Part shown: positions 1 through 8,588 of the stretch, in pieces
Layout: the number at the start of each line of letters is the position of its first letter
Numbering within the stretch: position 1 is the stretch's first letter
Assembly (NCBI GenBank): GCA_963709405.1
Contig: CAVPXM010000001.1
Span: 1-14,869, forward strand
From: an uncultured Nitrososphaerales archaeon
GTDB taxonomy: Archaea > Thermoproteota > Nitrososphaeria > Nitrososphaerales > Nitrososphaeraceae
Reading direction: 5' to 3'
DNA: 14,869 nt
Program-made: the position numbers and the translations under genes
Notes under the pieces: generated by a model
Told to the model about the DNA's origin: nothing
Database searches by the model: none
What the model saw: only the letters and a program-made list of their open reading frames with translations

Positions 1-243
1 AAGTGTGTCAGTTAATGGACTGAGATCCTCGCGCAGTCGATTAGACTTACCGTACTTGGGAACGTTGCAGCGACTCGTCGTTCGCTAGGTAGTGTTTTCA
101 GACACTTGCTATGGTTGAGTGACACGTCAGGTCTCACTATCAATCTCGTACGAAAGGTAGACCTTGCTTTGCTTTAGCCTCGGCGGACGCGTTGTTTCGC
201 TAGTTGTGCTTTGTATTTGGCGTCTCGCTTTCCTTGTATAGAT

Positions 244-459
244 TTATTGATTTCGGTTTGTTAGCTCTGCGTTTACTTTACTGCTTGCTGCGGCTGCATT
301 AGTCTCAATTCTTTTTAATGTTATATCTCTGTGATCCTCTCCGTTGTTATAGCAATGACGTTCAAAATCGCTTAAGCTATAAACTTCCTTCTCGCAGTAA
401 TTACATTGATAGAAAGTAAACTTCTTTTGTTCGTCTAAGTATTCGTTGATTAGATCCAT
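244..459 (-). CDS. Small C2H2-type zinc-finger protein, probably a fragment of a longer gene
   Basis: YQCNYCEKEVYSLSDFERHCYNNGEDH fits C-x2-C-x12-H with a further His. The in-frame upstream sequence (HNHKSTNSAV-MDLINEYL) is open back to a TAA at 496-498. Confidence 0.45.
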   Translation of the reverse strand: MDLINEYLDEQKKFTFYQCNYCEKEVYSLSDFERHCYNNGEDHRDITLKRIETNAAAASSKVNAELTNRNQ

Positions 460-533
460 GACTGCGCTATTCGTAGATTTATGATTGTGTATATGTTAGA
501 CATCATCGTCCATGCACAATTGACATAGTCGCT

Positions 534-796
534 GAAGTTGATACCTTTAAGATCAATTTTTAGCGATATCTAACTTCAAACCAAATTCATCTGGTCTGTT
601 AATACTAGACATTAGAATGTCCACTATGAATGAATTTGAATTGCAAAAAAAGATAAAAGAGATTGACAATGAAGTCGAAGTATGCTTCATTATAGCATTT
701 GAAGACTATCATGAAGGGGTTTAGTAATCATTTCCGATGCTAAATGACGCTAAATACATTATCAGGAAACCAAGAGCAATCGAAAGATCAAGTTAA
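534..796 (+). pseudogene. CheY-like response regulator receiver (REC) domain remnant
   Basis: Manual translation: EVDTF/(frameshift ~549)DQFLAISNFKPNSSGLLILDIRMSTMNEFELQKKIKEIDNEVEVCFIIAFEDYHEGV**SFPMLNDAKYIIRKP. The phosphoacceptor Asp (LILDIRM) and the KP motif are kept. The N-terminal acidic pocket is missing, and TAG TAA lie at 722-727. Not in the ORF track. Confidence 0.85.
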
Positions 797-945
797 TCAT
801 ATGGCAGCAATTCTAGGATAACACTTGCGATTAGCATTATCTATGAAGCTCCGAAATATAACTGCAAGTACTACAATAACAAACCAAGTTTTTTGAAAGG
901 TTACAATCTAAAATGCCTTAGAAATAAGCCAGAGAAAAAATATTG

Positions 946-1340
946 TTATGGATTTACAGTGATATGATATGTAGTATCAAAATTCCATCCTATAGGAAAA
1001 AAAGGAGTTATAATTATTATTGGCTGTAGTATTAGTGGCAGTAATATTATTGTCTGTAGAGTTAGCATTAGAATTAGCATTAGGACTCACCGTATCTCCC
1101 CTAAAAGTAACTTCTCTTTAGGTTCTCCAGGTGAAAGAGGCTTGAGGAAAACCCAATTGCCATCTGCTATTGCTCGTGTTGTAGTATTAGCTGCTAATCC
1201 AAGAATATTATCTTGAGGTAATGCAAAGTTAAATTCTACTCCGTCGATGCTTGCTTGTAATTGTATAACTTGGTCTTGAAAAGTTTTTGCTCACATACGT
1301 AATTCTTCTAATGTCCTGAGTTCTGGAAATTCAGCTTGAT
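946..1340 (-). pseudogene. Exported/surface protein remnant of the 'ADGxWVFLKPLxPG' family, with an N/T-rich low-complexity tail
   Basis: Minus-strand translation: AEFPELRTLEELRM*AKTFQDQVIQLQASIDGVEFNFALPQDNILGLAANTTTRAIADGNWVFLKPLSPGE/(fs)VTFRGDTVSPNANSNANSTDNNITATNTTANNNN...IGWNFDTTYHITVNP*. TGA at 1291-1293; 5' part absent. Family recalled from Nitrososphaera hypothetical proteins. Confidence 0.7.
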
Positions 1341-1726
1341 TCAAATTATATTAGCAGGGAGGAGGCTGATAATGAAAATTGATGGTAAGAAAGCAGGGAG
1401 AGAGCATGGACATTGGTAAATGGTTTTTAGATAAAATATTCTCAGTATAAACCCTATATTTCGATATACGACCATGTCAACATGAAATAGAAGTTTCTCT
1501 CTTTTCAAATACTTTCATACCATGTTATAAGAATATTGACATCCAATTGTTTAAGACCAACCCATAAATAACAAATTTTATATCTTTTGCCTGTAACATT
1601 GACATGCACGGCTAAACTAATTTGTCATAATCTTCTTTATCTTGCTACTTATTTATTGCAGTTACGTATAGGTGGCAATATTCAGATATCTCTTCTTCTT
1701 CTTCTTTTCTAACTCTACCTGTTGTA

Positions 1727-1748
1727 ATTCAAATTATTCAAATTATTC
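1727..1748 (+). repeat. 9-bp tandem repeat (ATTCAAATT x2.4) upstream of the membrane/VFT gene, preceded by a (TCT)n tract at ~1691-1706
   Basis: ATTCAAATT ATTCAAATT ATTC read directly from the sequence. Confidence 0.6.
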
Positions 1749-1777
1749 TACATGAGCGTCGTTAGACCATAGGAGTA

Positions 1778-4046
1778 GTGATTTGTGATATAAAACTTAC
1801 CAGAAAGAGCCTCTTCCTTGGGTTAATTTTAGCCATTGTTATTTCAGACTCGTTCATTTATTTCGCTGAAATAAAAACAAAAGCTTTCTATTCAAGTTGG
1901 ATAATAAGCATTAATGCCTCTACGGCAGCAGACACTCGCCATATTTGTAGTATACAGACATATGCGGCAACGCAGCCATCATCCACAAGATCATCATCAT
2001 AGCAAAAGCCATGTGGCCCTTGCAATAGGATTGTCATTATGGCTTTGTGCGGATCTTATATGGGCAACGTATGAGATTGTGCTAGAAATAGTCCCGCCCG
2101 TTCCATCGGCGGCAGATTTTGTTTGGCTATCTGCTTACGGCTTTCTAGCGTATTATCTGTATGCCACATATATTGAATTCCACAAGAAATTCAAATTTAG
2201 CAGCAGAATTCTAGTCGCAAGTATAATTGGTTGTGGAATATTTCTTGCGTATATAATTGCTCTTACCTCAAGTCTATCTGTTTTATCTACTCCAAGAGGA
2301 ATTGCTATGTTTGCAGTCATAATAGCCTACCCAATCATGGATGCAGTATTAATGGTTCCTGCAATAGTAATTTTGTTAAACTTTAGAAAAGAGCCATTGT
2401 GGTTTACGCCTTGGATATGTGAATCCTTAGGTTTATTTTTAATGGCCATATCAGATAGTTGGTTCGCAGTCGTTGTTCTCATATCCGTACTAGAGCAGTT
2501 TTGGCTATCTGCTACATTTTTTGCGGCTCATTATTTGGTCATAGCTGCGGGATTATTATGGTATGTGAAATTTCTGCTTACACAGAGTCAACCAAGTGAT
2601 GACCATAGAAGGTCAGAACAAATGGAGACATCAATTATTGCTCCAAGAGGTGATTATACTAACAAGCCTAAATCAGAAGAAGAAAAAAACCGCAAAAAAA
2701 TTAGTTCCATGGCACTTACGGCTGTAGCGGTTATAGTAGTTATTGCTGTATCAATTGGAATTTATTTCTCTTTATATTCATTGCCATCGTTATCCTCATT
2801 TTTCCTGTTCTCTAATCCAAGTTCTGAGGTAATAGCACCAGCTCCAGCCACTGGTTTAAAGCAGCAAACAGTGAAAATAGGCGCTCTCCTTCCTATAACA
2901 GGTGTATCTTCATCTTTGGGTGATTCAGAGGGGGCAGCGCTAAAAATTGCAACTAAAGATATCAATGAATATCTGTTCAAGACCCATTCAAGCATTGGTA
3001 TTGAGCTGATTATAGAAGACACACAAACAAATCCATCAGTTAGCTTAGAAAAGCTAAGCAATTAGCAGCAAAAGGTATAAAGATAGTAATCGGCCCTGCA
3101 ACAAGTGCGGCAGTCCAAGGAATAAAAGACTACGCTGATAAGAATGGGATAATATTAATCAGTCCATCAAGTACTGCTCCATCTTTAGCGAGAGCCGGCG
3201 ATAACCTTTTTAGATTTGTGCCTGATGATAGCCACCAGGCACAAGCAATATCAAGGTTGATGTGGAATGATGGAATAAGGGTAGTAGTACCATTTTGGCG
3301 AACTGATATTTATGGAAATGATTTAGTTAAAGCAACAAAACAAAGTGTTCAAGCACTTGGTGGTAGCGTTGCAGATGGCGTTGGATATACACCTAATACA
3401 GGAGATTTTGCAGCTAGCCTTAATAGAATAAACTTTATCGTCTGGGACCAAGATCTGAAAGTTTTGGACTCAAAGGTAAACCAAGCAGTATCTCAGTATG
3501 GTATAGGTAAGGTTGGGGTATACTTTGTAGCATTTGATGAAATCGCACCCATTTTTATCCAAGCACAAAACCATCCTACCCTTTCAAAAGTAAAATGGTA
3601 TGGTAGTGACGGTTCTACGCTAAATAACAAGCTTATAAAAAATACTGAAGCCGCCGCGTTTGCTGTAAAAACGAATTTCACAACTCCAATATTTGCAGTA
3701 GAAAACGATAATGATGAACGGCTTAAACATGTCGAAGCTCAAATCCATGAACAGATAGAAAGAACACCCAGATCTTATGCTAGTGTTGCATATGATACAT
3801 TGTGGGTAGCGAGCGCTAGTCGAGAATTATACCAATGCTACACATGATATTAATTACTTGAAAAATACAATTGTGAAGATAGCTCAATCGTATCAAGGAA
3901 TCACAGGCAACACAACTTTAAACCAGTTTGGAGATAGGAAGTATGGAGATTATGATTTTTGGGCTGTAAGAAATAGTGAGAGTACTCATGATTCCTTTAT
4001 TTGGAAGCATACTGGCAAATACGTACCTAATATAAGAACTCAATAA
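1778..4046 (+). pseudogene. Frameshifted ~755-aa fusion: 8-TM membrane sensor-like domain + linker + TM anchor + type I periplasmic-binding (LivJ / Venus flytrap) domain. Either a pseudogene or sequencing indels.
   Basis: ORFs 1778-2002, 1914-3065, 3218-3847 and 3858-4046 join via +1 (~1931), -1 (~3056) and +1 (~3811) shifts. The bridge 3062-3217 reads LAAKGIKIVIGPATSAAVQGIKDYADKNGIILISPSSTAPSLARAGDNLFRFVPDD. LivJ-family motifs: VKIGALLPITG, IEDTQT, GPATS, FRFVPDD, AYDTLW, QGITGNTTLNQFGDR. No in-frame nonsense codons were found. Confidence 0.85.
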
Positions 4047-4320
4047 GCGTTTGTCAACCGGATTATGCTAATAAGCATGGTGGAAGACGTTGTGTTTGTT
4101 GTGTCTGTGGAGCGTAACTGATCCCGCTGCGCAAGTCCATAAATGAATCCAGCGGTTACTTACCACGTTTCTTATCTCTATAGGTAATAGGTTGCTTTGA
4201 TAAGGATAGGCATCTTAGAAATTAGAACCGTAGAGCCAACCTTTAGACCAAACCTATGCCTTCACAATGTTGTAACCGAAAAAGATAAAACTAAATTAAT
4301 TGAAATACTATTAACAAGAA

Positions 4321-4665
4321 ATGGCTAGTTCATCCATATGTTCTTCTGCATCAAGAGTTGCTCAGACTAATGATGAAGATTCCATAGACGCTATAGTTAC
4401 AATCAATGAAAAGGTAAGCTTAACAAAACAACAACATCAAGTTTTGAAAATTATCTGTGATACATATGATATTTCCTTTTCAGAGTATATGCAACAATCA
4501 CTAGTCGAAGCGATGAGGTTTGATATAGAAGAAGGTAATTTTTCTGATGCTTTGTTGGAAAAGATAGGCAGTGAAGACAGTAAAAAGGATAATTCTTCTC
4601 TTTCATCTTCTTCGGCCTCTCTTAATTCTTGCCTGACAAACAGCGATTTAGCAGCAGGTGGATAA
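4321..4665 (+). CDS. Hypothetical protein with a ribbon-helix-helix-like DNA-binding segment
   Basis: KVSLT-KQQHQVLKIICDTY-DIS-FSEYMQQSLVEAM fits the beta-strand/helix A/turn/helix B pattern of RHH proteins. Termini are Ser-rich. Confidence 0.55.
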   Translation: MASSSICSSASRVAQTNDEDSIDAIVTINEKVSLTKQQHQVLKIICDTYDISFSEYMQQSLVEAMRFDIEEGNFSDALLEKIGSEDSKKDNSSLSSSSASLNSCLTNSDLAAGG

Positions 4666-4854
4666 ATCAATATTCAAAACGCGAAAGCATTTTGCAGATT
4701 TCTAGATAGATAAGATGCAACAAGCAAGCCGGTAGTTGTGGCGCAACTATTACGTCTAGGATTTGAAACTCTCTACCAGACATATTTTTGTTGTTGCTTC
4801 TATCGTCATCCCGGAAGCACCTTTTCCTATCATGTGTTTGTTAGGATAAGATTT

Positions 4855-5490
4855 CTAAGCAATTTCATTCAGACGCGCATGTGCTACCTTAGCAGTCATT
4901 GGATTATTATAGATGGGAGAACCAGGTTGTTGCTTACGACCACCTTCCCTCAGAGAACCTGTATCTACAGGTGCAAAACCTATATCCTCAATAAGCCCTG
5001 ATACAATAGCCTTTGCATCGGAATTATCTCCTGCAACAAAGATTGCAAAACGGTCTTCTCTTGGTGCATTAGGATTACCTTTTGTACGTAGATGCTCATA
5101 ATATATGGTATTAAATGCCTTAACGAGACGAGAAGAACTGGGAATTTGCTTTAACACCTCTTCACTTGATGTACTATTGCCCAGATCTATTACCTCAAAG
5201 TTTTCAGAATATGGATTCATTGCATCAATGACAATTTTGCCATCAAAGAGTTCTGATACAGATAGTAAATCTTGCTTTTTCCTCCATGGTATTGCAAGTA
5301 ATATAACATCACCAAATTTTACAGCATCCTCTACTGTCTTAGCTTTAATATTTGGACCAATTGAGTTTACAAGTGATATAAGAGATTCTGGTCCCCGTGA
5401 ATTGCTAATTGCTACTTCATGACCGGCGTTTACAAACAACTTAGCTGCAGTTCCGCCTATATTTCCTGATCCAATAATTCCTATTTTCAT
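4855..5490 (-). CDS. NAD(P)-binding oxidoreductase, F420_oxidored/COG2085 family (often annotated NADPH-dependent F420 reductase)
   Basis: Rossmann motif MKIGIIGSGNIG, then SNSRGP, DVILLAIP, IVIDAMNP, LVKAFNT, VAGD and GFAPVDTGSL. Full length (211 aa). Confidence 0.92.
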   Translation of the reverse strand: MKIGIIGSGNIGGTAAKLFVNAGHEVAISNSRGPESLISLVNSIGPNIKAKTVEDAVKFGDVILLAIPWRKKQDLLSVSELFDGKIVIDAMNPYSENFEVIDLGNSTSSEEVLKQIPSSSRLVKAFNTIYYEHLRTKGNPNAPREDRFAIFVAGDNSDAKAIVSGLIEDIGFAPVDTGSLREGGRKQQPGSPIYNNPMTAKVAHARLNEIA

Positions 5491-5524
5491 ATTTGCTTTT
5501 CTCTATTAACTATACTATTGTAAT

Positions 5525-5532
5525 TATATAAA
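5525..5532 (-). promoter_or_regulatory. Archaeal TATA box candidate (TTTATATA) for the oxidoreductase gene
   Basis: Minus-strand TTTATATA lies 35-42 nt upstream of the ATG at 5490. Confidence 0.5.
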
Positions 5533-5812
5533 CAGGAAAGTTAACGTGCAGTCCATTCTCGTACCACCGATACGATCTCTTTAGATAATCATAAACCATG
5601 CATGTTCTAGTGTTAGCAATGGGTGGAGGGCTATAAAAAGCACAGAAAGAGATTTTCCTTTAAATATAAATCAACCAACAAGTTATCTCAGGGAGAATGC
5701 AAATTATATAATTCAATAGTTGTTGAGATCGCACCAAAATATAGAGCGGCAACTAATGTAGAAAAGATCCAAAATCCGTAAAACAATATAGTTTTAGTCT
5801 ACGTCATTATAC

Positions 5813-6171
5813 TTGCAGTACCACATTGGCTGCTCTTGATGGAGTTTTTCAGCTTAGCAAGGAGCGTTTTATCCTCGCAATCTAGAAAATTCCAAGTGGG
5901 TAAGTTACTATTCTCAAGTATTTGATTTTGTAGAAATTGATGCTTCTTTCTACAGAATTCCTAACGAATTTATGGTAAAGAACTGGTCCGAGAAGACCCT
6001 GACGATTTTAGATTTGCTGCTAAATTTCCAAAAGTCCTAACTCATGATAAGAGATTAAAAGATGTAGAAAGAGAACTGAAATTGTTCTTTTCTTCTATAG
6101 CTAACCTTGAAGACAAAATTTTAGCATTATTGATATAGTTACCACACTCAACAGGTATAGTTGAAGGACTC
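5813..6171 (+). pseudogene. DUF72 (YecE-like) domain protein, N-terminal half, decayed
   Basis: LQYHIGCS*WSFSA*QGAFYPRNLENSKWVSYYSQVFDFVEIDASFYRIPNEFMVKNWSEKT/(fs)DDFRFAAKFPKVLTHDKRLKDVERELKLFFSSIANLEDKILALLI*LPHS matches the DUF72 motifs (IGCSGW, FYP, VEIDxSFY, PxxFxFxxKxP, LxQLP). Stops at 5837, 5855 and 6136; frameshift at ~5998. Confidence 0.92.
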
Positions 6172-6297
6172 GTGGTTTCAAGGTGACTTTAGGGAGCTAT
6201 TTCAGTTGAAGATTTAAGTCGAACCAATCTGATTGAAAGATATATCTTAATTTATTAACCGCACAGCGAAAAAAGTCCATCAAACACAAAAATTGAT

Positions 6298-6808
6298 TCA
6301 GCTACGTCTAGTATCTAGATTTTTTCGAGTCAATGCTGTAAATGCTGAAACAGAAATACCTATCCAATTTGAGATGTCATATAACTTTGCAGCCTCATCT
6401 ACAGCAGGACCTATAAGCATTCTTGACGAATGGTAAAAATTACCCATTGCTATTACGCCTCTGAAAAAAGTCATAACGCATACTTCTCACGAATGCGGGT
6501 ATTATAGCACTTGCAAATATCTCAATGAATCTCCACGATTGAGTGATAAGTGCTTTGTGACCGCTCATACTAATGATTAGAGTATCTGACAACATCGACA
6601 AATTGATGCCTAAATGACGGAGTGTATCAGAGAACGTGCGGTAAACATTATCCCAATTTTTCAGAACTTCTGTAGGATCTTTTGTTTCCCAGATGCCTTT
6701 TACCCCCAGAGCATCCAGAAAAGCTATCACCCCATCTACTTTTTCGTAACGTATACCTCGAATTACGTAACATGTGCCGTCAGAAGTTATGGGAGTATTT
6801 GATGCCAT
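6298..6808 (-). pseudogene. Divergent class III nucleotidyl (adenylate/guanylate-type) cyclase domain, frameshifted
   Basis: The ORF contains VIAFLDALG (first metal-binding Asp) and LSDTLII (second Asp). After a shift in the 6-nt homopolymer at 6464-6469 it continues RGVIAMGNFYHSSRMLIGPAVDEAAKLYDISNWIGISVS to a TGA at 6298-6300. Confidence 0.75.
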
Positions 6809-7013
6809 GACTATTGGAAATTATTAGTTGGGATGTAAAAGAAGGTTATCATAGTGGTAGGTGGCGTACGAAGAATTAGCCATTTTGGAATGCTTTGATC
6901 ACAATAAGATTAAGATATCTAAACCAATGGGAATGAGGAAATAGCCTTGCAAAATGATAAAGATGTAGAAAATTGAATTAAATCTTAAAAAAAATAGGAG
7001 AAAAGATTTTGAC

Positions 7014-7253
7014 TTAAGCCGGAAATATATTATACCGCGTATCTATCCCTGATCTAAATCTTTGAACTTTGAGCAAGTTATGTCCTTTGTTTAGGAACGC
7101 ATTTATCTGTTCTGATGTCCTTCTACTTACTTCCCAGTACTTTTCTTGACCTGTGTTAGGCTCAATTACTATGTATTGGAATCTTTGTACGTGTTTTCCG
7201 TCAAACACCTTCTCCACAGCTATCATTTTCTCATGATTGGTGCTTTGTTGCAT
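7014..7253 (-). CDS. N-terminally truncated beta-rich protein resembling putative viral/mobile-element ssDNA-binding (OB-fold) proteins of Nitrososphaeraceae
   Basis: FDGKHVQRFQYIVIEPNTGQEKYWEVSRRTS...LKVQRFRSGIDTRYNI. The terminal 'KxxRxGxGxDTxY' pattern is recalled from phage-type SSB-like families. T-rich terminator-like tract downstream. Assignment from memory. Confidence 0.45.
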   Translation of the reverse strand: MQQSTNHEKMIAVEKVFDGKHVQRFQYIVIEPNTGQEKYWEVSRRTSEQINAFLNKGHNLLKVQRFRSGIDTRYNIFPA

Positions 7254-7367
7254 ATGCTCGATTAAAAAATAATTTAATGACCATGACAGAACTCAAAGTA
7301 TTAGGTTAGTATGTATGAGCGGCTAACTCGGTGTAAAGATCGCACTAAATGGAACATTATGATGACG

Positions 7368-8195
7368 CTAATTTTTGTTTAAATTATAATCAAGAAATTC
7401 ATCTATAATCTGATTGACCTCTTCTGGTGCTTCTTGTTGTATCCAATGACCGCAGTTAGGTATAATCTTCAATGAGAATAGTGCATCAACAAATTCACTT
7501 GTTCCTTCTGTTAACTCCTTTCCTAAAAATAGATCTTCTTCTGCCCATATTTGCAATGTAGGAGATTTTATTTTTGGGAATGGAATACTTTCCTCAAGAT
7601 TTCCCCAAAATTCTGCATTTAGATTAGATCTATAGTAATTTATTCCTCCAGTTATCCCTCCTTCCTTACTCCAAGAAGAGGTATACCATTCGATATCCCT
7701 TTGAGTAAACATCTTTTTTCTTTTTGTTGAAATTTCAAATATATGCTTGAGCAATTCAAAATTATTGCGGCTTAGAATTCTCTCAGGCACATTTTGTAAA
7801 AGAAAGAAGAACATGTACCAACTCTTTTGCATTTGCTCATAGTTTCTAAATGCATTCCTTTGGAATACTGCAGGGTGAGGTGCATCCATAATAATTAAGT
7901 TTTCTACTAAGTCAGGTGCCATCATTCCAATAGACCAAGTTATTACACCTCCCCAATCGTGCCCTACGATTGTTGCCTTTTCTTGTCCCAGCGAATGAAT
8001 TAGTTCTACAATATCTGTAACTAACTTTTCTATTCTATATTGATCTATTTCCGTAGGTCTTTCAGTTTCACCAAATCCACGCATATCCGGTACAGCTACT
8101 TTAAAGTGCTTTGAAAAGAAAGGAATTTGGTGTCTCCAGGAATACCAAAACTCGGGGAACCCATGCAAAAATACGATTAATGGGCCTTTTCCCAT
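7368..8195 (-). CDS. Alpha/beta hydrolase, soluble epoxide hydrolase (EphA-like) family; first ~15 residues apparently lost
   Basis: HGFPE oxyanion motif, PDMRGFG, GHDWGG (Asp nucleophile), cap tyrosines (SWYMFFF, NYYR), acid in WAEED and His in GHWIQQE. An in-frame TAA lies 9 codons upstream of the ATG, so the usual N-terminal beta strands are absent. Confidence 0.9.
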   Translation of the reverse strand: MGKGPLIVFLHGFPEFWYSWRHQIPFFSKHFKVAVPDMRGFGETERPTEIDQYRIEKLVTDIVELIHSLGQEKATIVGHDWGGVITWSIGMMAPDLVENLIIMDAPHPAVFQRNAFRNYEQMQKSWYMFFFLLQNVPERILSRNNFELLKHIFEISTKRKKMFTQRDIEWYTSSWSKEGGITGGINYYRSNLNAEFWGNLEESIPFPKIKSPTLQIWAEEDLFLGKELTEGTSEFVDALFSLKIIPNCGHWIQQEAPEEVNQIIDEFLDYNLNKN

Positions 8196-8588
8196 TGTTG
8201 CAGAATGGCTTTGACTTTCTTAGAATTAAAATAGTAGAACCTCTTGGCTTGGGAGCAGATATTTCAGGCCTCGGTGGAACGGCTACTAACGTGACAGAAT
8301 ATCATCTGCAGGAAATAGAGTCGATGAGCCTGATATCCGCTAGTACATCATAACTTGACAACCTTAGATTATAGGCCATATGTGAAAGATCGTATTCAGC
8401 ACATTTAACAGATGGATCACTGGTAGATGAAGGAGCGTCTAGTGCTTTCTACTTTTCTTTTGATTAGTCTTTTTTTTGATTTTATAGTTGTTGTCTTCTT
8501 AGCTATTACCTTAGACCCTGTTTCTAGATTCAATAGTGACATTAATATGGAATTGGTTAAAATGTAAGGTCACAATTAATATCCTCTA

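Noticed and set aside
2762-3681. Minus-strand ORFs 2762-3061 and 3493-3681
   Set aside because: Antisense shadows of the VFT domain.
4437-5422. ORFs 4437-4670, 4738-5001, 4913-5101 and 5105-5422
   Set aside because: Antisense to the better supported RHH-like and oxidoreductase genes; no motifs.
4855-5490. Gene symbol npdG/fno
   Set aside because: The sequence fits the broader COG2085 clade (GSGNIG, SNSRGP). F420 specificity cannot be shown from sequence alone.
8111-8460. ORF 8111-8353 and the coding-like segment that replaces the hydrolase 5' end
   Set aside because: It overlaps the hydrolase on the antisense strand, and no family could be recognised in the frames I translated.
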